64,000 nucleotides of DNA from an uncultured Flavobacteriaceae bacterium (GTDB taxonomy: Bacteria > Bacteroidota > Bacteroidia > Flavobacteriales > Flavobacteriaceae), in contig CAYGQJ010000013.1 of the NCBI GenBank assembly GCA_964351845.1, forward strand, positions 7,182-71,181, read 5' to 3'. Shown in pieces: positions 58,984-64,000 of the stretch (its first letter is position 1; every line of letters begins with the position of its first letter). A program made the translations under genes and the position numbers. The notes beneath the pieces were generated by a model, which saw nothing but the letters and a program-made list of their open reading frames with translations, made no database searches and was not told where the DNA came from.

Positions 58984-60705
58984 TTACCGCTCTACAAACG
59001 TCACTTTTGCAATCTTACCGTCTTCTATTTCATAAATAGCAACGACACTATACTTGTGATCCCCAAAATGGACATACTCTTCATCAATGATTTTAGTACC
59101 CATCACCATACGGTTTTTGATCTCGCAATAAAGACTAGAAGGACTTTCAAACGTTTTTGTAAACTTACTTCTTAAATGTTCTTTTCCTTTTAGTGTAGAC
59201 TCATTAGGGAAATTAAAAATTTCGATGGTATCTGCATAGGTGTCTAAAAAAGCGTCTATGTTTTTTGCATTGTACGCATTTATCTGACGCTGTACGATTT
59301 GTTCTGGTGTTTCTTTAATGATCTCTGAGGCCTGTAAAAGGATTCCATCTTTGATCACAGACTGGATCGTTGTAAGATGCTGGATATCGTCTAGCGGATT
59401 TTTGCTGAGCAAGATCATATCTGCGATTTTTCCTTCTGTGATGCTTCCTAATTGCGTGTCTAAACCAAAGCCTCGAGCTGCATTAATCGTGGCTGCTTTT
59501 AGTAATTGTGCATTGGTAAGTCCGCCTGTTTTCATGGCTTCCATTTCTTGAAGATATGAAGAGGCATGCATGGTTCCTATATTGCCCGCATCGGTTCCTG
59601 TAGCAATATTGACTCCTTGTTCTTGAAGAAAGATGAGATTCTTTGCCATTAACTCGCTCACTTTTGCATAGTATCCTAAAAACCCAGCTGGATTATTCTG
59701 AAAACGCTTTAAAGGAGCGGGCATGGTTTCTTTTGTATACCGTTTTACATCCTTTAATGTGCTATATACTCTTGGGTTTGCAAAATACAGATCTTGTGGA
59801 TGGTCTTCTGGCGTTCCTGTAAAGGAGGTGAAATAGTTTTTTGAGACAATTAATGTCGGGATATAGGTGACTTGATTTTGTTTCAGTAGTTGTGCAAACT
59901 CCTCGGTAAGTTCTTGGTCATCTACGCTATGTACTAAAATATCTGCGCCTGCTTCTACAGCAAGTTTGGCGGTTTTTAATTGCGTGGCATGCACTGCTAA
60001 TTTCAGATCATTTTCATGGGCTAGTTTTGCGATATGCGCAACAATAGGATATGTTTTTTCTGCGGGTATCCCTGGGCTTGCGATGTACCAAATCTTAATA
60101 AAATCAGGCTTATAGGGGAGCATTTTATTAAATAAGGCAGTGGCTTCAGCCATCGAAGTGATTTTTTCGATAGGCACATCGGCTAGTGTAGAAAGGGCTT
60201 CTGGTTGGTAGGGCGAAAATAAAGGTCCTGTCACATACACATTGGGAGCGATTTGTTCTTTTGCAATGGTATCGCGGACTTTAAAATTAGAAAATGGGCC
60301 TCCTACATCCATCACTGTGGTGATTCCTAGACGCAAATAGCGTTGAAAACTATCTTTTGCCATTTCTTCTGCAAACGCCAATTCGTCTTCATAGGGAACG
60401 ATATCGGTTAAACCCATCGCATCGGGTCGTGTGTATAGGCTTCCGGTTTGAAAAAAGTGAATATGCGTATCAATCATGCCTGGCATCACATAATGCCCTG
60501 TGGCATCTATCACTTGATACCCCTTTTTATTTTTGATCGCTTTCGTACTTATGTTCGCAATGATTCCTTCCTCTACTAGGAGGTTTTGTTTTTCTACCAA
60601 TGCGCCCGTATTCACATCTACAAGGGTTGCATTTGTAATTATCAGGTTTTGTGCATACAAAGAATAGGATAGCAACGCCATGCAAACAAGGAAGCAATAT
60701 TTCAT
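58984..60705 (-). CDS. Secreted amidohydrolase with a C-terminal SnoaL/NTF2-like domain
   Basis: MPGMIDTHIH, AVHA, ILVH, GTDAGN, G.IADMILL; C-terminal PEQIVQRQINAYNAKNIDAFLDTY...IDEE. Confidence 0.88.
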   Translation of the reverse strand: MKYCFLVCMALLSYSLYAQNLIITNATLVDVNTGALVEKQNLLVEEGIIANISTKAIKNKKGYQVIDATGHYVMPGMIDTHIHFFQTGSLYTRPDAMGLTDIVPYEDELAFAEEMAKDSFQRYLRLGITTVMDVGGPFSNFKVRDTIAKEQIAPNVYVTGPLFSPYQPEALSTLADVPIEKITSMAEATALFNKMLPYKPDFIKIWYIASPGIPAEKTYPIVAHIAKLAHENDLKLAVHATQLKTAKLAVEAGADILVHSVDDQELTEEFAQLLKQNQVTYIPTLIVSKNYFTSFTGTPEDHPQDLYFANPRVYSTLKDVKRYTKETMPAPLKRFQNNPAGFLGYYAKVSELMAKNLIFLQEQGVNIATGTDAGNIGTMHASSYLQEMEAMKTGGLTNAQLLKAATINAARGFGLDTQLGSITEGKIADMILLSKNPLDDIQHLTTIQSVIKDGILLQASEIIKETPEQIVQRQINAYNAKNIDAFLDTYADTIEIFNFPNESTLKGKEHLRSKFTKTFESPSSLYCEIKNRMVMGTKIIDEEYVHFGDHKYSVVAIYEIEDGKIAKVTFVER

Positions 60706-60795
60706 AATTGATCTATATTTTTAGATAAAGGTACGGAAAGTGTTCAATGCATTCAGAGGTTTTTTCTCTTATTGAATGTGTTACGATTGTCTTTT

Positions 60796-61902
60796 TTAGG
60801 AATGCACAATCGTTTCAAAAGTTCCGGGTAGGGCTACTTCGAGGAATTCTAGATCTTTGGAGCTGTGTGTAAATTGATAGTTCATACCGGGCGGAATAAC
60901 AAACGCATCGCCTTCGGTAAGGTGTTGTATGTCTTGACCTTCGGCGGCTAGTCGCATAGATCCTGAGAGCATAAAACTAAACAGAATATCTGTCGTATGA
61001 CTTACAACAGGGCTTTCTTGCAGTGTCTGAGTAGGTTTTATAACATGCACTGCGGCATCACCTTGGGTGGCACTGTGGATACCGCTTTCGCGAAAGCGGA
61101 AACCTGCGACACGCCAATCTTTCCAAACAGCATCTTTGACTTGATGATGACAGAAACGCTGCCCTTGAAAAAGTCGGTCGGGGCGATAGGTGTTTGTAGG
61201 GAGTTCTAGATCGTGATCTATGGTGGTCATATGCTCGGCAGGGACTCCAATCTCTATCACTTCCAAATGATCTGAGGCTTCGAGTACGCGGTGGCGTATT
61301 TCGGGAGGCTGGGTCACACAATCACCTGCATGTAATATAAAGGGAGGGCCTTGGTCTTCATAGACCAATTTTACCCAACCGCGTTTGCAAAAAATGAGTT
61401 GAAATCCGATGGTATGGTAATGCACCATATCGGGTACGGGGCCGCCTTCAGGTATACTGATATGTGAGGCAATGATGCTCCCACCCAATCTATCAGGAAT
61501 GAGATCGCGATATAGCATCCCCGCACGGCCAATCACCCATGAGGATGCTTCGGATAATTTACGAACTTCAAAGTGATGCTGGGTGCTTGGAGTGACCAGT
61601 GTATGGGTTCTGGGTAGTACCTGAATTACTGTCCCATTAGGTGCAATAAGTTCTTTTTTTCCGTGTGCAATAGTTTCTGGTATGTCTGTAATGATATTAA
61701 TCACCGGCGGCGGACTTGTTACACGTTTGTCTAAGACAAGGTGCATCCCAAATCCTGAGAGCATGGCTACCGCAGGATGATCTGCAGGAAATATTTTATC
61801 CAATCGAAATCCTAGTTGGATGAAAAAATCCATATCAGCCGTGAGGTCTTCTGAGGGTAAACGCAGTTGTGCGTAGGATGAAGTGGGATGGTATGTGCTC
61901 AT
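60796..61902 (-). CDS. VOC-like + double cupin domain protein
   Basis: N-terminal VOC-like segment; GPVPDMVHYHTIGFQLIFCKRGWV...HAGDCVTQPPEIRHRV; second cupin GDAFVIPPG. Confidence 0.8.
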   Translation of the reverse strand: MSTYHPTSSYAQLRLPSEDLTADMDFFIQLGFRLDKIFPADHPAVAMLSGFGMHLVLDKRVTSPPPVINIITDIPETIAHGKKELIAPNGTVIQVLPRTHTLVTPSTQHHFEVRKLSEASSWVIGRAGMLYRDLIPDRLGGSIIASHISIPEGGPVPDMVHYHTIGFQLIFCKRGWVKLVYEDQGPPFILHAGDCVTQPPEIRHRVLEASDHLEVIEIGVPAEHMTTIDHDLELPTNTYRPDRLFQGQRFCHHQVKDAVWKDWRVAGFRFRESGIHSATQGDAAVHVIKPTQTLQESPVVSHTTDILFSFMLSGSMRLAAEGQDIQHLTEGDAFVIPPGMNYQFTHSSKDLEFLEVALPGTFETIVHS

Positions 61903-61979
61903 TAGAAGTAAATAGTATCTTAATAATACTTCCTCACAAAATACAAATTAGATATGTAAGTGTTTATATAAGAATGGAG

Positions 61980-62975
61980 TTAATACAGCCCATAGTCTAA
62001 TGGAAGGGCGTCACCGAGGCGTTGACGGCCCATCAATCCGCTAAAGATAAGCGCATCTGGAGGATTAAAATTCCCAAAGCCATCAATGGTATAGTGAGTA
62101 TATTTGGGGCGGACATCGGATCGTTTTTTCTTGTTGTATAAAACCGCAACGGGACCTGTTAATTGCACTTTTTTGATACCGAGCGTATCGCTTACGATAA
62201 AATGCATTTTTGGGTATGTGGGTAATCCTTTTTTATAAATTGCAAAATCTTCTTCATCCCAAGTTTCGGTGGCTACCGTTCGCATAAAATGTAAGGAAGA
62301 GCCTTCATAGACTTCTTGTCTTCGCTTCTTATATTTTCTAACGTCTTTTTTCTCATCGATAAAGAAACTGGTGCCTGCATAATAGGATTGTATGACATGA
62401 TAGGGCTTAATAGATTTTGCGACATACGAAATCTTGCAGTCATACAATCGGAAACGAATCTCATAGCCTAAATAGGGGTTTTTAACACGCAAAACCTCAT
62501 CAGATGTTACGGTTAATTGCTTTTTGGAGGCATTGTAATATAGTCTGAGGGCATCTTCATTGAGAATCTTGCAGGACTGTCCTGCTTTGGTGGTTCCTAA
62601 AAACTGGGTTCGGAATGCGGCTACCAATTCTTTTCTGGTAAACAAGGGAGAGGCCCTCACGACCACCTCATCGAGTGATTCTTCTTTTGGAATCAGGTAC
62701 ACAGTCAGGGGTTTGTTTCCCGAAAGGGATAAAACAACATCTGTATATCCAAGATAGCTCACGATGAGTTGAGAGGTACTAGTTATTTCTGAGTAGAGGC
62801 TGAATTTTCCTTGCTCGTTGGTAATGCCTCCTATGGTGGTGCCTTCAAAATAGACCGAGGCTCCAAGCAAGGGTTCTTTGGTCACACTATCGTATACCGT
62901 ACCGCTGACAGTCTGCGCATACAGACTGCCGCAAAAAAGAAAACAAAGTATGTGCGTGTATATTTTCATGTTCAC
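61980..62975 (-). CDS. Secreted protein with carboxypeptidase-like regulatory domain
   Basis: VSGTVYDSVTKEPLLGASVYF.GTTIGGITNEQGKF...VSYLGY; YEGSSLHFMR. Confidence 0.82.
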   Translation of the reverse strand: MNMKIYTHILCFLFCGSLYAQTVSGTVYDSVTKEPLLGASVYFEGTTIGGITNEQGKFSLYSEITSTSQLIVSYLGYTDVVLSLSGNKPLTVYLIPKEESLDEVVVRASPLFTRKELVAAFRTQFLGTTKAGQSCKILNEDALRLYYNASKKQLTVTSDEVLRVKNPYLGYEIRFRLYDCKISYVAKSIKPYHVIQSYYAGTSFFIDEKKDVRKYKKRRQEVYEGSSLHFMRTVATETWDEEDFAIYKKGLPTYPKMHFIVSDTLGIKKVQLTGPVAVLYNKKKRSDVRPKYTHYTIDGFGNFNPPDALIFSGLMGRQRLGDALPLDYGLY

Positions 62976-62982
62976 CGAACCC

Positions 62983-63657
62983 CTATTTGTCTTTTGTCTT
63001 TATTTCTATGACTCCGTTTTCCCCATCTTTTCCATATTTTAGAGTGGCTGATGTTCCTTTAAGTACATTTACACTTTCTATATTATTTGGGTCTAGGTCT
63101 TTGAGTTTTCCTTTTCCCTTATTTCCTTTATATTTTTCTTCTCCATATTTATTCATAATAACAAATAGAGGGCTTTTACCGTCTTTTGTAGCACTACCGC
63201 GTATCACAATACGGGGGTTTTCACTAATAGGAGTAGTCACATTAAGGGTAGACAAATCAGTATCATCTCTAAGTTCTTTGAGGGTATTTTGTTGTTTTTC
63301 TGTGAGTTGATTTTTAATCTTAACTAACATTTTAAGACGTTGCCTTTTTAACTTTTTTTCAAGCTCTGCGATCTCTTCCATTTTTGCAAGTGCTTCTTTT
63401 TCATCTATAGAACTTTTTGAAATGAGTTTATTAAGATTTACTTGTAGTGCATCTAAGTCCCATTTTATTGAATTAAATGTTGCAATGTTGTCACTATAAA
63501 TTTTCTTGACATTTGTTACTTGCTCGTCTGAGAGTTCTAAATCAGATCTATATTTTAATACAGTTTCTGCTGAAAATAATTCGCTTTGAAAGGTATCTTG
63601 TGCTAGACTAGTTGCGTATCCCGTAATGCATAAGATGAGTATTATTAATTTTTTCAT
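62983..63657 (-). CDS. Periplasmic Spy/CpxP/ZraP-like helical protein with a C-terminal TonB-receptor plug-like module
   Basis: Signal peptide; LELSDEQV..VK.I...heptad helices; C-terminal PLFVI...LDPNNIESVNVLKG..AT.KYG.DG.NGVIEIKTK. Confidence 0.7.
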   Translation of the reverse strand: MKKLIILILCITGYATSLAQDTFQSELFSAETVLKYRSDLELSDEQVTNVKKIYSDNIATFNSIKWDLDALQVNLNKLISKSSIDEKEALAKMEEIAELEKKLKRQRLKMLVKIKNQLTEKQQNTLKELRDDTDLSTLNVTTPISENPRIVIRGSATKDGKSPLFVIMNKYGEEKYKGNKGKGKLKDLDPNNIESVNVLKGTSATLKYGKDGENGVIEIKTKDK

Positions 63658-63669
63658 AATCTATTTTAT

Positions 63670-63999
63670 TTAATCGTTAAAGTCGTTTATTAATGATGCT
63701 GTAGATGATTCCCAAGAGAAGACAGAAGGGTCATCAAGAAGCAATGTTTCTGTTGTTGTTTTGTTTTCTAGCGTAATGACTACTGTATTTTCTTCTGGTT
63801 GTATTTCTGGTTTTTGACTCCAAATCCCAATTCCAATTCCAACTAAAAGACAAGCTGCTATACTTGCAGGTATGAGGTATTGTATGATTGATTTCCTTTT
63901 TGGTGGAAGTACTTCTTCAAAATCAGGGATTTTATTTTTTAAATCTTCTTGACGCATGTCGTCAAAAAAGGATTTGATGTCTTGATTTTCTATATTCAT
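63670..63999 (-). CDS. Single-pass membrane protein (anti-sigma-like)
   Basis: Short N-terminal domain, one TM helix (YLIPASIAACLLVGIGIGIW), C-terminal W.SSTASL; start codon is at the window edge. Confidence 0.55.
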   Translation of the reverse strand: MNIENQDIKSFFDDMRQEDLKNKIPDFEEVLPPKRKSIIQYLIPASIAACLLVGIGIGIWSQKPEIQPEENTVVITLENKTTTETLLLDDPSVFSWESSTASLINDFND

Positions 64000-64000
64000 A

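Larger units (their letters stand above)
17366..61099. repeat. Dispersed palindrome A, (C)GCTTTCGCGAAAGC(G)
   Basis: Exact 14-mers start at 17366, 22814, 30476, 33366, 37707, 44323, 50129, 50621, 57436, 58531 and 61084. Split copies at 18392, 29082, 32558 and 55887. One-mismatch copies at 15463, 40155 and 41009. Partial copies at 25916, 37979 and 48308. Confidence 0.95.

Noticed and set aside
4436-63310. Numerous 60-260 aa antisense or overlapping ORFs (e.g. 5093-5875, 16537-16932, 41844-42260, 62987-63310)
   Set aside because: They lie fully within well-supported genes on the opposite strand or another frame and carry no recognisable motifs.

Overview
AT-rich Bacteroidota DNA, probably marine Flavobacteriaceae (inferred from T9SS cargo/PorP-SprF/OmpA genes, TAnnTTTG promoters and hmgA-hppD-TDO-pgi synteny). 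It holds about 50 mostly housekeeping or envelope genes: T9SS substrates, two TonB-dependent receptors, a DUF5689-TBDR-EEP nuclease locus, aromatic amino acid catabolism, dinB, a RES-Xre toxin-antitoxin pair, alpha-2-macroglobulin and pbpC, PhoD, thioredoxin, a hybrid kinase and an ActP-like symporter. I recognised no rRNA, tRNA, CRISPR array or transposase. The unusual content is a layered set of short palindromic repeats. (A) GCTTTCGCGAAAGC occurs at least 11 times exactly, inside genes in all three frames and between genes. (B, C) Two 20-24 nt micro-inserts sit inside three different hairpin families (A, D and F) at reproducible positions. (D) An ATTCCC-N8-GGGAAT hairpin family, one copy of which forms the linker of a VOC-CYTH fusion. 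(X/Y) BIME/REPIN-like mosaics with fixed flanks and freely varying internal palindromes. (F) Paired hairpins directly repeated on both sides of a DUF559 nuclease gene that lies between alpha-2-macroglobulin and pbpC. All repeats were found and counted by eye, so the counts are minima.
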